A stretch of 64,000 nucleotides of DNA, from positions 17,028 to 81,027 of the forward strand of contig JAIBAK010000001.1 of the NCBI GenBank assembly GCA_019695215.1. Direction: 5' to 3'. Shown here piece after piece: positions 20,212 through 29,639 of this stretch; position 1 is the stretch's first letter; each line of letters starts with the position of its first letter. The stretch is from Bacteroidia bacterium. Its GTDB lineage: Bacteria > Bacteroidota > Bacteroidia > UKL13-3. The notes below the pieces were generated by a model. That model ran no database searches, had not been told where the DNA came from, and saw only the letters and a program-made list of their open reading frames with translations. Position numbers and translations under genes: made by a program.

Positions 20212-21022
20212 GGAAGAACGCGTGCATCAGCTAAAACGAATTGGAATAATAGCCCTGTGGGTAGTACTTTTAAGCGGATTGGTGGTTTCGCTTGCGTTTG
20301 TTCAGCATGAGCAAAGAAGTGTTGCCTGCAAAGAAATAGATATTACCATAAGCCCCGAGAAGGATAATTTTTTTGTTGATCGCCCTATGGTTATTTCCAT
20401 TTTAACCAACGAAGGGAAAGAAGCCGATTTAATCAGAAAACCTATAGGGAGATTCGATGTATCGGCACTTGAATTAAAACTGGAGCGAAATCCGTTTATC
20501 TATAATGCCGAGGTGTATGCTGATATCAATGGCGATTTAAAGGTAGATGTGTACCAGCGCAGACCTGTGATGCGGGTTATGCTGAATGATGGAACAGGAT
20601 ATTATATTGACAACAGAGGTTTTAAAATGCCTTTATCCGAGTTGTACACTGCACATATAGTAGTGGCCACTGGAAATATTACCGAAAATTTTGGAACCAA
20701 TGATTCGCTCCGTACAGACATCACCCGCGAATTATATACGCTGGCATCCTTTCTTGATAATGATGAATTCTGGAAAGCACAAATAGAGCAGGTGTATGTG
20801 AATGAAAAGAACGATTTAATGCTGGTACCTAAAATAGGAGACCACACTATAGTGCTGGGAACTACCGAAGGGATAAAAGAAAAAATGAATCGCCTGATGG
20901 TGTTTTACACCGAGGCACTTAACAAAATGGGCTGGAACGATTATTCAACAATAAATCTCAAATACGAAGGACAAATAGTTTGTACAAAAAAAAATCAACC
21001 GAACACATATGAGCAACAGTAA
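20204..21022 (+). CDS. ftsQ: Cell division protein FtsQ (POTRA domain)
   Basis: N-terminal TM plus POTRA-like segment. Located between murC and ftsA and overlaps both neighbours. Confidence 0.75.
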   Translation: MNKEERVHQLKRIGIIALWVVLLSGLVVSLAFVQHEQRSVACKEIDITISPEKDNFFVDRPMVISILTNEGKEADLIRKPIGRFDVSALELKLERNPFIYNAEVYADINGDLKVDVYQRRPVMRVMLNDGTGYYIDNRGFKMPLSELYTAHIVVATGNITENFGTNDSLRTDITRELYTLASFLDNDEFWKAQIEQVYVNEKNDLMLVPKIGDHTIVLGTTEGIKEKMNRLMVFYTEALNKMGWNDYSTINLKYEGQIVCTKKNQPNTYEQQ

Positions 21023-22301
21023 AATCATTGTAGGTCTCGACATCGGAACCACAAAAGTTTGCGCCATTGTAGGTCGCAAAAACGAACATGGAAAGATTGA
21101 CATTCTGGGTATGGGAAAAGCCGAATCAACAGGCGTGGCCCGAGGAGTGGTGGTGAACATTGAAAAAACAGTTCAGGCCATCACTCAGGCCGTTGACGAA
21201 GCTTCCCGTAAATCAAACGTGCAGGTGCAGGTGGTGCATGTAGGCATTGCCGGCCAGCATATCAAAAGTTTTCAGCACCGCAACACCATTACGCGCGATG
21301 ATGCTGAATCGGAAGTATGTATGGAAGACATTAACCGCCTGCGCGAAGGAATGCACAAGCTGGCACTGCCTCCGGGCGATGAAATTATCCATGTTTTGCC
21401 GCAGGATTTTACTGTTGACAATGAACACGGAATTAAAGATCCGGTTGGCATGTCAGGCATTCGCCTGGAAGGAAATTTTCACATAATTACCGGCCAAATG
21501 ATGGCGGCAAAAAACATCCGTAAATGCGTGGAAAAAGCGGGGCTCACCGTGGCTGATCTAATTCTTGAACCATTGGCTTCATCTGAGTCGGTTTTAGATA
21601 AAGAAGAGTTGCAGGCAGGTGTTTGTTTGGTGGATATTGGAGGCGGAACCACCGATGTGGCCATCTTTTACGATGATGTAATTCGCCATACTGCCGTAAT
21701 CCCTTTTGGCGGAAATATTATCACCGAGGATATCAAAGAAGGTTGCTCGGTACTGAAGAATCAGGCTGAGTTGCTCAAGGTAAAATTTGGTTCGGCCATG
21801 GCTATGGAGAATAAAGAAAATGAAATTGTGTGTATCCCCGGAATAAGAGGACGACAGCACAAGGAGATATCGGTGAAAAATCTGGCAATGGTAATTCAGG
21901 CCAGGGTAGAAGAAATTTTTGAGCAGGTGCTGTATGAAATAAAAAGTTCAGGACTTGAGCGCAAACTGGCCGCAGGTATTGTAATTACAGGTGGCGGTGC
22001 TCAGTTAAAACATATCACTCATTTGGCCGAACTGGTAACCGGATTAGACGCACGAATCGGTTATCCGCATGAGCATATCAGCAAAGGAATGGATGATGTA
22101 AAAAGCCCTATGTATTCAACCGGTATCGGGTTGGTGATGATGGGTATGGACGAAGGCAGTCAGGACCCTGAAGTGAAGGAAGAAAAAATGAAGCGTACCG
22201 CAGCCGGAGCCGAAGAAACCGGAGATAGCTTTTTTGGTAAACTCATCAAAAAGGGGAAAGGCTTTATGCTCTCTGATGACGAATTGGAGGATTTTAAATA
22301 G
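21009..22301 (+). CDS. ftsA: Cell division protein FtsA
   Basis: Actin-fold motifs (VGLDIGTTKVCAIVG, VDIGGGTTDVAIF) and a C-terminal amphipathic tail. Confidence 0.92.
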   Translation: MSNSKIIVGLDIGTTKVCAIVGRKNEHGKIDILGMGKAESTGVARGVVVNIEKTVQAITQAVDEASRKSNVQVQVVHVGIAGQHIKSFQHRNTITRDDAESEVCMEDINRLREGMHKLALPPGDEIIHVLPQDFTVDNEHGIKDPVGMSGIRLEGNFHIITGQMMAAKNIRKCVEKAGLTVADLILEPLASSESVLDKEELQAGVCLVDIGGGTTDVAIFYDDVIRHTAVIPFGGNIITEDIKEGCSVLKNQAELLKVKFGSAMAMENKENEIVCIPGIRGRQHKEISVKNLAMVIQARVEEIFEQVLYEIKSSGLERKLAAGIVITGGGAQLKHITHLAELVTGLDARIGYPHEHISKGMDDVKSPMYSTGIGLVMMGMDEGSQDPEVKEEKMKRTAAGAEETGDSFFGKLIKKGKGFMLSDDELEDFK

Positions 22302-22382
22302 GCCGCCTGTTGATAAGTAGATAACTCTGTTAAAGAGAACTCAGTAAGTACAATTAATTTTACCACACAAAAAACCGAGTTT

Positions 22383-23981
22383 ATGGTAAGCAAAATTCAG
22401 TTCGATATGCCCAAAGATAAATCATCAATCATCAAGGTGATTGGTGTGGGCGGGGGCGGGGGAAATGCCGTGAATCACATGTACAGTCAGGGCATAAAGG
22501 GGGTAGATTTCCTTATCTGCAATACCGATTCGCAAGCGTTGGAGATGAGTCCTATTCCTAACAAAATACAGTTAGGCACACACCTTACCGAAGGACGCGG
22601 AGCGGGTGCAAATCCTGAAGTGGGCCGTAAAGCTGCCATGGAAAGCATTGAGACAATTATTGACGGCCTTGGAGTAAATACCAAAATGTTGTTCATTACT
22701 GCCGGAATGGGTGGCGGAACCGGAACAGGTGCAGCGCCTATTATCGCTAAAACGGCCAAAGAGTTCGGAATGCTCACGGTGGGTATCGTTACCATGCCTT
22801 TTACTTTTGAAGGTAAAAAGAGAAAAATGTTTGCCGAAGAAGGGCTTAATAATTTTAAAAAGAATGTTGATTGCCTCTTAGTCATCAGCAACGAAAAAAT
22901 TAAGGAAACTTTCGGCAATATGTCTTTGCGTACCGCTTTTTCTGAAGCCGATACTATTTTAACAATTGCCGCCAAAGGAATTGCCGAGATTATTACGGTA
23001 CCCGGTTATATCAATGTTGATTTTGAAGACGTAAAAACGGTAATGACCAACAGCGGTGTTGCTTTAATGGGCTCAGCTACTGCCACAGGCGAAGACAGGG
23101 CAATTAAAGCCGCACAAATGGCACTGGCTTCTCCTTTGCTCAATGACAGCGATATTCGCGGAGCAAAAAATATACTGCTCAATATCACTTCAGGTAAAAA
23201 GGAAGTATTGATGGACGAAATTTCAGTAATCACAAATTATATCCAGGACGAAGCCGGAGTAAATGCCGATATGATTTGGGGCAACTGTTACGATGATTCG
23301 CTCGAAGAAGAATTATCGGTAACCATTATTGCCACAGGTTTTGAAACCAAAGAAAACAAGCTCATCGTTAATAATCTCAGCGATAATAAAATTGTTCATA
23401 CCATCACCGCTCCGGTAGCCGAGGAAATTAAAACCGAGGAACCGGTACGTAAAGATGAAATCGTTTTAAAACAGGCTTCACTTTCTTTTGAAGAGAAAAA
23501 AGAAACAACAGAAGTTTCTAATGATTCTGCTGCGGAAGTTTCGGATGAGTCGGAATTTAAAAGACGCATTGATGCTTTAAAGGAGCAAATGCTCGACTCA
23601 AAAGCCGAGGTGCCGCAGGAGTTTATTGCAAGTACCGAAGAAATTACCGAATCGGTAACTGAAATTACAGCTTCTTTTGAGCCTCCCGTGCCTCCCGTTC
23701 GCAACGAGGCAAGCAATGCAGTGGATGAAGAAGAGGAGGAAAGAATACGCAAGATTAAACAACGTATTATTGAAATGCGTAACCTTAATTTAAGCCTCAG
23801 TTCTGAGAAAGGGTTGAATGATTTGGAAAAAGAACCGGCTTATGTAAGAAAAAGATTTAACCTCAATGATGTGCCTCATTCATCCGAATCAAATGTTTCG
23901 CGTTTTACCTTGTCGGAAGACGAGAATAAAAAACCGGAAATAAAAGGCAACAATTCATTTCTGCACGACAACGTAGATTAA
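22383..23981 (+). CDS. ftsZ: Cell division GTPase FtsZ with a long acidic linker
   Basis: GVGGGGGNAVNHM, GGGTGTGAAPIIA and NVDFEDV motifs. A ~190-aa E/S-rich linker ends in NSFLHDNVD. Confidence 0.95.
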   Translation: MVSKIQFDMPKDKSSIIKVIGVGGGGGNAVNHMYSQGIKGVDFLICNTDSQALEMSPIPNKIQLGTHLTEGRGAGANPEVGRKAAMESIETIIDGLGVNTKMLFITAGMGGGTGTGAAPIIAKTAKEFGMLTVGIVTMPFTFEGKKRKMFAEEGLNNFKKNVDCLLVISNEKIKETFGNMSLRTAFSEADTILTIAAKGIAEIITVPGYINVDFEDVKTVMTNSGVALMGSATATGEDRAIKAAQMALASPLLNDSDIRGAKNILLNITSGKKEVLMDEISVITNYIQDEAGVNADMIWGNCYDDSLEEELSVTIIATGFETKENKLIVNNLSDNKIVHTITAPVAEEIKTEEPVRKDEIVLKQASLSFEEKKETTEVSNDSAAEVSDESEFKRRIDALKEQMLDSKAEVPQEFIASTEEITESVTEITASFEPPVPPVRNEASNAVDEEEEERIRKIKQRIIEMRNLNLSLSSEKGLNDLEKEPAYVRKRFNLNDVPHSSESNVSRFTLSEDENKKPEIKGNNSFLHDNVD

Positions 23982-24011
23982 ATTCATCAAAGAATAATTC
24001 CAATAAAAAAC

Positions 24012-24038
24012 CCTCACCGTTTTCGATGAGGTTTTTTT
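24012..24038 (+). terminator. Rho-independent terminator after ftsZ
   Basis: CCTCACCG-TTTT-CGATGAGG stem (7 of 8 positions paired) followed by TTTTTTT. It is preceded by an A-run, so it could act in both directions. Confidence 0.7.
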
Positions 24039-24061
24039 ATTTATACTGGTATGAGTAATTA

Positions 24062-24850
24062 TTAACTGAAGAAACTTTTTGCTACGGCAATCAGCAATAA
24101 GGCATGAATACTTAAAATGCCCATCGTAGCGTAACTCATCGATATGGCCTTGTTTCCTGCATCCGAAGGTGTATCAAGCATACCAAAAACCTGTTTTAAC
24201 CCCAGCATGAGGGCAATGAATGCCTGAGCAAAGGCAAAGTAAAGAACCCAGTGGTGTTTTGATTCTTTTTGTTCTGCTGCTTTTACGGTAATGATGGTAC
24301 CGGTTGTTTTATTGGGTTGTTTTTTTGCTGTTTGTTTTGTGGCGGCTGCCGTTTCAGTAGCTGAAGGAAATAGTCTTGGCTCAAAAGTATTGTCTGAAGA
24401 TGAATTGTTGAGCAGATTAATGAGGGGTGAGGATTCGGTAGTAGAGTTAAGTCCGAATGCAGGATCAATTTCATGATTGATGATTGATGCCTGTTCACCG
24501 GTATTCACTTCATTTGTATGTGTAGTTTGTGCAACTGTTGCTGCTGCATCGTGCTGCACTTTTTGTTCAGTAACTACATTGGTAGTACTTGTGGCAGCGG
24601 GACCCGAAGGTGCTGGAACCGGGGATGAAATTTCTTTGGTATCGGCAGGTTGATTTTCCTGTAAAACCACTTCCGGTTTTTTATCTTTTACTTTTGCCTC
24701 CTGATATTCCCTTGACTGATGTCGTTTAGCAAAACTTTTTGATGAACGGCCCTTAGAGCCCATTACACCTTTATGATTTGATGTACTGCAACCGACTAAT
24801 GCGGTAGCAAGAACTACAAACGAAAGAAATTTAATATAAACTGACACCAT
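24062..24850 (-). CDS. Hypothetical lipoprotein-like protein with a low-complexity linker and two C-terminal hydrophobic helices
   Basis: Lipobox-like LVGC after a signal peptide. The middle is T/A/S/P/Q-rich. The C-terminus has two hydrophobic segments (VLYFAFAQAFIALMLGL, MGILSIHALLLIAVA). Confidence 0.5.
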   Translation of the reverse strand: MVSVYIKFLSFVVLATALVGCSTSNHKGVMGSKGRSSKSFAKRHQSREYQEAKVKDKKPEVVLQENQPADTKEISSPVPAPSGPAATSTTNVVTEQKVQHDAAATVAQTTHTNEVNTGEQASIINHEIDPAFGLNSTTESSPLINLLNNSSSDNTFEPRLFPSATETAAATKQTAKKQPNKTTGTIITVKAAEQKESKHHWVLYFAFAQAFIALMLGLKQVFGMLDTPSDAGNKAISMSYATMGILSIHALLLIAVAKSFFS

Positions 24851-24869
24851 AACCCCCTTTTAGCTAAAT

Positions 24870-24877
24870 CAAATTTA
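24870..24877 (-). promoter_or_regulatory. Candidate -7 promoter box (TAAATTTG)
   Basis: The minus strand reads TAAATTTG, 19 nt upstream of the ATG at 24850. Confidence 0.3.
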
Positions 24878-24901
24878 GACCATATAAATTACATAACAAA
24901 T

Positions 24902-27256
24902 TTATTCCTTTATTATTTTATGGGAACTCAACATGTTATCACCATTAAATACCTGAATGAAAAACAGTCCCGGAGTAAAGTATTCGGTATTGATTTCCAG
25001 TGATTTATTTCCTTTTTCAAATATTGTTGAATACATCTCCCGGCCCAGAATATCGTATAAAACTACCCTCAAAGGCAATTCCACCGACTTGTCTGAACGC
25101 GCTATCTTCAGCACCTCATTCACCGGATTCGGGAAAAGGACAATTCCGGCTTCGGTTAATTCAACCACACCGGTATTCACGTGAATTTTTAACCTCACCG
25201 TATCGTGCCCGATAAGTACAGGAAGTGTTTTGCGGTAATAACCTTTAAAAAAGAGTACACCGCCATTCTCAATTCCTACCAGCATATCAGGTATGGTATC
25301 ATTGTCAAAATTGGCTACTACCGGATTGCATTTACTTAAACTGCCTATTATTTTATTGCCATACACCAAATCACCGGGACCAATCAATATGGAATCAATC
25401 TCAGGAAAAGTTGACTCTAATCCGGCTTGCATGCGGTAACTTCTAACACGTCCGCCAAAGGAACCTACCATAATTTCAAGCATGCTGTCGCTGGCAAAAT
25501 TGTAAACATATGGTGATGCGTAACCAAAATATTGTCCCGGCTTTTCTTTGCTTAAAATTTGCCCCAGCGTATCGGCTGCCGGCACAGTCGAAAATTTGTA
25601 ACCTATAGTAAAAGTATCAATGTTTCGGTAGTAATGAATAAGCCCCAAATCGGTTCCAACCAACAGATCACATTTCCCGTCAAGATTCATGTCATAAATG
25701 CAGGGGGAAGCAATTCCGTTTACCTGAATATTCTGAAAGTTTAATTCGGGAGAACCAAATGTCATATTCCCGCTTCCGGTGGCAGTAGTGTTGTGAATAA
25801 ACGTGAGTGTACCATCAGAGGAGCCTAAAATAATATCGGGTTTTCCGTCACCGTCAACATCTCCTGTTGCGGGTTTTACATACGAAAGATTCAGATTTGA
25901 GATGGAAAGATAATTTGTATCCTGTATTTTATATACAGGCTGTTGATTGGTTCCCATATTTTGAAACAACACCAGTTGGTCTTTTGTGTCGTTAGTATAT
26001 TCCCAGTCTCCGCCAGTAGCCACAATCAAATCTTTTTTGCCATCCTGATTGTAGTCAAGTAAAGCAGGCACAAAACGCCATCCTATATCTATCGATTCAT
26101 CAAGCAGAAAATTCTTTTTAACAAACGTGAAAGCAGCCGCAGCACCCGTGCCTGTGTTCTGATAAAGCCAGATATTATCTTTTGTTTTTACCTCTTCCAC
26201 ACCGTTTGGAGCAATAACCAAATCTTTTTTGCCATCATTATTCAGGTCAACAAAATAGGCAGCAAGTGCCGAAGAAAATTTTGCTCTGGTTGTATTTTTT
26301 GGGGTTAACGAATCATAGGAGATAAGTGTATCAGCACTAAAACCTTTATATTTCCAGTTTAGCTCCTTTCGCCCGTTTTTAACGTAGTACATAAAATCAT
26401 TCAGCACGTCTCCCGCATATAAGTCCATATCTCCGTCAGCATCGTTATCAAATAAGGTAAGGGTGGTGCCAAAGTGCGCATTTGTTTTAAAATATATTTT
26501 TTCGCAACTCATCCCTAACTGCACTCTGTCGGTTACCAATACCGAACCCCAGCACCGATCGACATTGTAAAATTTAAACGAGTCAACCGGTAATCCCTGT
26601 TCCACCTGATAGTTTTTATAATATTCGATATAGGCTCCCAAACTGCTCATGGCAACTATGTCCATGTCTCCGTCTCCGTCTACATCGGCTACGTCAGGTA
26701 AATCAGTTGGGCTCACCGACAATGGAAATGTATCAACAAAATAGTAAATGCACTTTAGTTGCGGGGTGACAAGTTGAAATTGCAGGTTGCTGCCGGTGCT
26801 GGTATTTTTAAATACGCGGATATGGTTGTTTTGAATAAATAATCCGGGTACAGGAATGTCGGGGTCGGCATTAGTAATAATATCCAGTTTGCCGTCATTA
26901 TTATAATCAAAAGTGCGCACCCAGTTTAATAAACGCGGAAACTTGCTTCGGTATTCAGGGGCGTATTGAAATTTAATTTGTCCGGTGTTTCCAATATTTA
27001 AATACGGGTGGACTAAAAAACCCATGCGGTCAAATACCAGCAGGTCTAATTTGCCATCTCCGTTCAGGTCAATATTGTTAAACTGCGGGGCTGTGAATCC
27101 TCCGGTAAACGGATATGGAATGGTGTCGTTTGCGGCATTCAAAAATTTAAGGGTGTTTGCGTATTGAAACCCTATATCCTGCGCCCCTGCCGTAAAAACA
27201 AGGCAATTCACAAATAAGATGGTGTATAAAGTTTTTTTCATAGACGCTTTGGTCAT
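24902..27256 (-). CDS. FG-GAP/VCBS repeat protein with a T9SS C-terminal sorting domain
   Basis: Nine or more Ca-binding-type DxNxDGxxD loops (DLNGDGKLDLLV, DVDGDGDMDIVA, DVDGDGKPDIIL...). The C-terminal CTD is FPNPVNEVLKI...GLFFIQV. The signal peptide may start at the second ATG, 27241. Confidence 0.8.
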   Translation of the reverse strand: MTKASMKKTLYTILFVNCLVFTAGAQDIGFQYANTLKFLNAANDTIPYPFTGGFTAPQFNNIDLNGDGKLDLLVFDRMGFLVHPYLNIGNTGQIKFQYAPEYRSKFPRLLNWVRTFDYNNDGKLDIITNADPDIPVPGLFIQNNHIRVFKNTSTGSNLQFQLVTPQLKCIYYFVDTFPLSVSPTDLPDVADVDGDGDMDIVAMSSLGAYIEYYKNYQVEQGLPVDSFKFYNVDRCWGSVLVTDRVQLGMSCEKIYFKTNAHFGTTLTLFDNDADGDMDLYAGDVLNDFMYYVKNGRKELNWKYKGFSADTLISYDSLTPKNTTRAKFSSALAAYFVDLNNDGKKDLVIAPNGVEEVKTKDNIWLYQNTGTGAAAAFTFVKKNFLLDESIDIGWRFVPALLDYNQDGKKDLIVATGGDWEYTNDTKDQLVLFQNMGTNQQPVYKIQDTNYLSISNLNLSYVKPATGDVDGDGKPDIILGSSDGTLTFIHNTTATGSGNMTFGSPELNFQNIQVNGIASPCIYDMNLDGKCDLLVGTDLGLIHYYRNIDTFTIGYKFSTVPAADTLGQILSKEKPGQYFGYASPYVYNFASDSMLEIMVGSFGGRVRSYRMQAGLESTFPEIDSILIGPGDLVYGNKIIGSLSKCNPVVANFDNDTIPDMLVGIENGGVLFFKGYYRKTLPVLIGHDTVRLKIHVNTGVVELTEAGIVLFPNPVNEVLKIARSDKSVELPLRVVLYDILGREMYSTIFEKGNKSLEINTEYFTPGLFFIQVFNGDNMLSSHKIIKE

Positions 27257-27264
27257 TAAATTTG
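27257..27264 (+). promoter_or_regulatory. Candidate -7 promoter box (TAAATTTG) for murF
   Basis: Exact TAnnTTTG match 11 nt before the ATG at 27276 (17 nt before 27282). It sits in the very short gap next to the divergent FG-GAP gene. Confidence 0.35.
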
Positions 27265-27275
27265 ATTAATTAATA

Positions 27276-28589
27276 ATGTACATGTCAGTCACTCAAATTT
27301 ACAATATATTTTCTGAAAAGCAAACTGTTTCAACCGATAGCAGACAGATAACTCCCGGGTGTCTTTTTTTCGCATTAAAAGGGCCGTCATTCAACGGGAA
27401 TACATTTGCTTTGAAAGCTTTGGAGTTAGGAGCATCTTACGCAGTAATTGATGAGGAGCAATACGCTACCGATTTACGGTGCATACTGGTTGACGATGTT
27501 TTAAAAACCCTGCAGCAATTAGCCACGTACCACAGGCATCAGTTAGGAATACCCGTAATTGGAATTGTGGGTTCAAACGGGAAAACCACTACCAAGGAAT
27601 TACTTGCTGCCGTACTTCAGAAAAAGTACAATTTACTGGCTACTCCGGGCAACCTCAACAACCATATTGGTGTGCCGCTTACATTATTGAAACTTACCGC
27701 AGCTCATGAAATCGCAGTAATTGAAATGGGGGCAAATCATATTGGCGAAAATGCCGAATTATGTGAAATAGTAGCTCCCGATTATGGTCTAATTACCAAT
27801 ATAGGGAAAGACCACCTGGAAGGATTTGGGAGTATAGAGGGGGTGGCCAATGCCAGCAGCGAATTATATGCGTATCTGCTGAAACACGGAGGAACAGCCT
27901 TTGTCAATTCAAACGATGAGTGGCTTATGCGAATGGCTTCGCGCCTCAGTAATAAAAAAACCTACGCGGCCAATTATCCCGGACATACTTCGGAGGCCGA
28001 TTATGAAGGGGAGTTAACGGCAGCCCGTCCTTTCATACAGTTTACTATGGACGGATTTCAGAAAACTTTTCATTCGGTTTTATCGGGAGAATATAATTTT
28101 GATAATATTATGGCAGCGGTGGCCATAGGCCGTTATTTTGGAGTGGCAATGGAACAAATTGCTGCTGGCCTGGCCGGGTATGAACCTAAAAACAACCGTT
28201 CACAAATTTTAAAAAGGGGGAATGTTACTATTTACCTCGATGCCTATAATGCTAACCCTTCAAGTATGGAAGTATCGTTGATGAATTTTGCCGCCAACGA
28301 TTTTCCGGGAAAAATTGCCATTTTGGGAGATATGTATGAACTGGGCGAATTCAGCGATAAGGAACACCAGCAAATGGCCATGCTTGCTACCGAACTCGGA
28401 CTGGAAGAGGTGTGGTTAGTGGGGCCCAGCTTTGCAAAACATGCTTCGATAGCCGGAGCAAAATCTTTTAATGATGCTGCCGAAGTAAAAAACTATATTT
28501 TGCAAAGAGATTACAGCGGCAAAACATTTTTTCTTAAAGGCTCGCGCGGAATGAAACTGGAAACAATTGCTGAAGTTTTTTCAGCCTGA
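27276..28589 (+). CDS. murF: UDP-N-acetylmuramoyl-tripeptide--D-alanyl-D-alanine ligase
   Basis: GSNGKTTTKE P-loop, DAYNANPSSM and LGDMYELG motifs. It lies outside the dcw cluster. Confidence 0.9.
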   Translation: MYMSVTQIYNIFSEKQTVSTDSRQITPGCLFFALKGPSFNGNTFALKALELGASYAVIDEEQYATDLRCILVDDVLKTLQQLATYHRHQLGIPVIGIVGSNGKTTTKELLAAVLQKKYNLLATPGNLNNHIGVPLTLLKLTAAHEIAVIEMGANHIGENAELCEIVAPDYGLITNIGKDHLEGFGSIEGVANASSELYAYLLKHGGTAFVNSNDEWLMRMASRLSNKKTYAANYPGHTSEADYEGELTAARPFIQFTMDGFQKTFHSVLSGEYNFDNIMAAVAIGRYFGVAMEQIAAGLAGYEPKNNRSQILKRGNVTIYLDAYNANPSSMEVSLMNFAANDFPGKIAILGDMYELGEFSDKEHQQMAMLATELGLEEVWLVGPSFAKHASIAGAKSFNDAAEVKNYILQRDYSGKTFFLKGSRGMKLETIAEVFSA

Positions 28590-29062
28590 TGTTTTGGGTG
28601 GATATCTTTTCAAGAGAACACAGCCTTAAAGTAAACGGGTCATTGCTTTACTAATTTGAGTACAGAAATTCCCTCATCAGTTTGAATACGGAGAAAGTAC
28701 ATTCCAGAAGGCAAATCACTGTTAACTTCAACTACGTTTTCCGCAATCCCTTCTAAGTGGAGTTTACCGGTAAAATCACTAATGCGGTAATAAAATTTGC
28801 CGGTAGCACCTTCTACAACAATGGTATTTGTAAAAGGATTGGGGTAACATTTTATCTGATTGGGAGCAACGTGCCCCGCTGAAAGAATTTCTCCGGTTAA
28901 TTGATTGCCGTAGCTACCCAAATACTCCACCGAGCAATCCGGATACACATGAAATTTCCAGTACCTTTTTTTAGTGCATCCGTTAAAGCAGTCCCCCCAC
29001 TTATAAGCAAAAACCAGTTCAGTAAAGTTAGCATATACTGAATCGGTAATATCGGGGCCATC
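28284..29062. repeat. Direct repeat copy A (murF 3' end + spacer + 3' part of the Cys-rich T9SS gene)
   Basis: Matches 33294-34075 at offset 5013. The stretch 28431-29053 is identical by eye over 623 bp. Confidence 0.9.
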
Positions 29063-29635
29063 AAAATACAAACCTTGTGCATAATAGTTTACATTAGGAA
29101 TCGATTCCGACAATTTACCTAGGGCGTGAATATTATAGTTTCGATCGCTTTTAAAACGGAAAGAAATTTTATGGAAGGCAAAATTATAGTAGCACCCATC
29201 AAGTGTTAGAAAATGCCTTGTAATAAAAGTATCAAGTAAGGCGTACCCAGAAGGGAACCCAGAATTACAAAGTTGCTTAGCCCAAGGCAGGTTTGAGTCC
29301 GATAGGAGGATGATATCGTTAACATGAAAATTTACTAATGTATGAATATTTAACGAACTAAGCAAAACCGTATCACGAGCAGGTAAAGAGTTAGCATTGT
29401 AAACAGCTAACAGGGATCGGAGCGTGGTTTCCCTCCATGCCATTGGTATATTGATGCTGTCTTTGTAACTGGAATAATTACGATAGACCCTTCTTAACGC
29501 TAAACGAGCAGCATCCTCAGAAAAAAGGTTAACAATGCTATCAGGAGCAGTGCAGGAGGAAGGTACGGTTTCCGGTTGGGCCTTGCAGGGAGTAAAGAAA
29601 GCAATGAGCAAAAGAAGCAGGATATATTTTTTCAT
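28640..29635 (-). CDS. Cys-rich secreted protein of unknown function with a T9SS C-terminal domain (paralogue A)
   Basis: Signal peptide MKKYILLLLLIAFFTPCKAQ (ATG 29635), six conserved Cys, and a YPNPFTNTIVV...GMYFLRIQ CTD. It starts 4 nt after the S8 gene stop. Confidence 0.7.
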   Translation of the reverse strand: MKKYILLLLLIAFFTPCKAQPETVPSSCTAPDSIVNLFSEDAARLALRRVYRNYSSYKDSINIPMAWRETTLRSLLAVYNANSLPARDTVLLSSLNIHTLVNFHVNDIILLSDSNLPWAKQLCNSGFPSGYALLDTFITRHFLTLDGCYYNFAFHKISFRFKSDRNYNIHALGKLSESIPNVNYYAQGLYFDGPDITDSVYANFTELVFAYKWGDCFNGCTKKRYWKFHVYPDCSVEYLGSYGNQLTGEILSAGHVAPNQIKCYPNPFTNTIVVEGATGKFYYRISDFTGKLHLEGIAENVVEVNSDLPSGMYFLRIQTDEGISVLKLVKQ

Positions 29636-29639
29636 AGGT

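Noticed and set aside
22487-22975. 162-aa ORF antisense to ftsZ, and similar antisense or alternative-frame ORFs inside murE, murG, ftsA, the TlpA-like gene, pepO, atpA and surA (e.g. 13098-13493, 6170-6643, 42504-42959)
   Set aside because: All lie within well-supported genes, are low-complexity or motif-free, and are typical shadow ORFs.
8193-23981. Absence of murF and ddl from the dcw cluster
   Set aside because: This is common in Bacteroidota. murF is present 3.3 kb downstream, and ddl is presumably elsewhere.
23400-23981. Unusually long acidic C-terminal region of FtsZ as a possible fusion or novel domain
   Set aside because: It is a low-complexity E/S/T-rich linker ending in the conserved C-terminal peptide. 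Long linkers are usual for FtsZ in this phylum.
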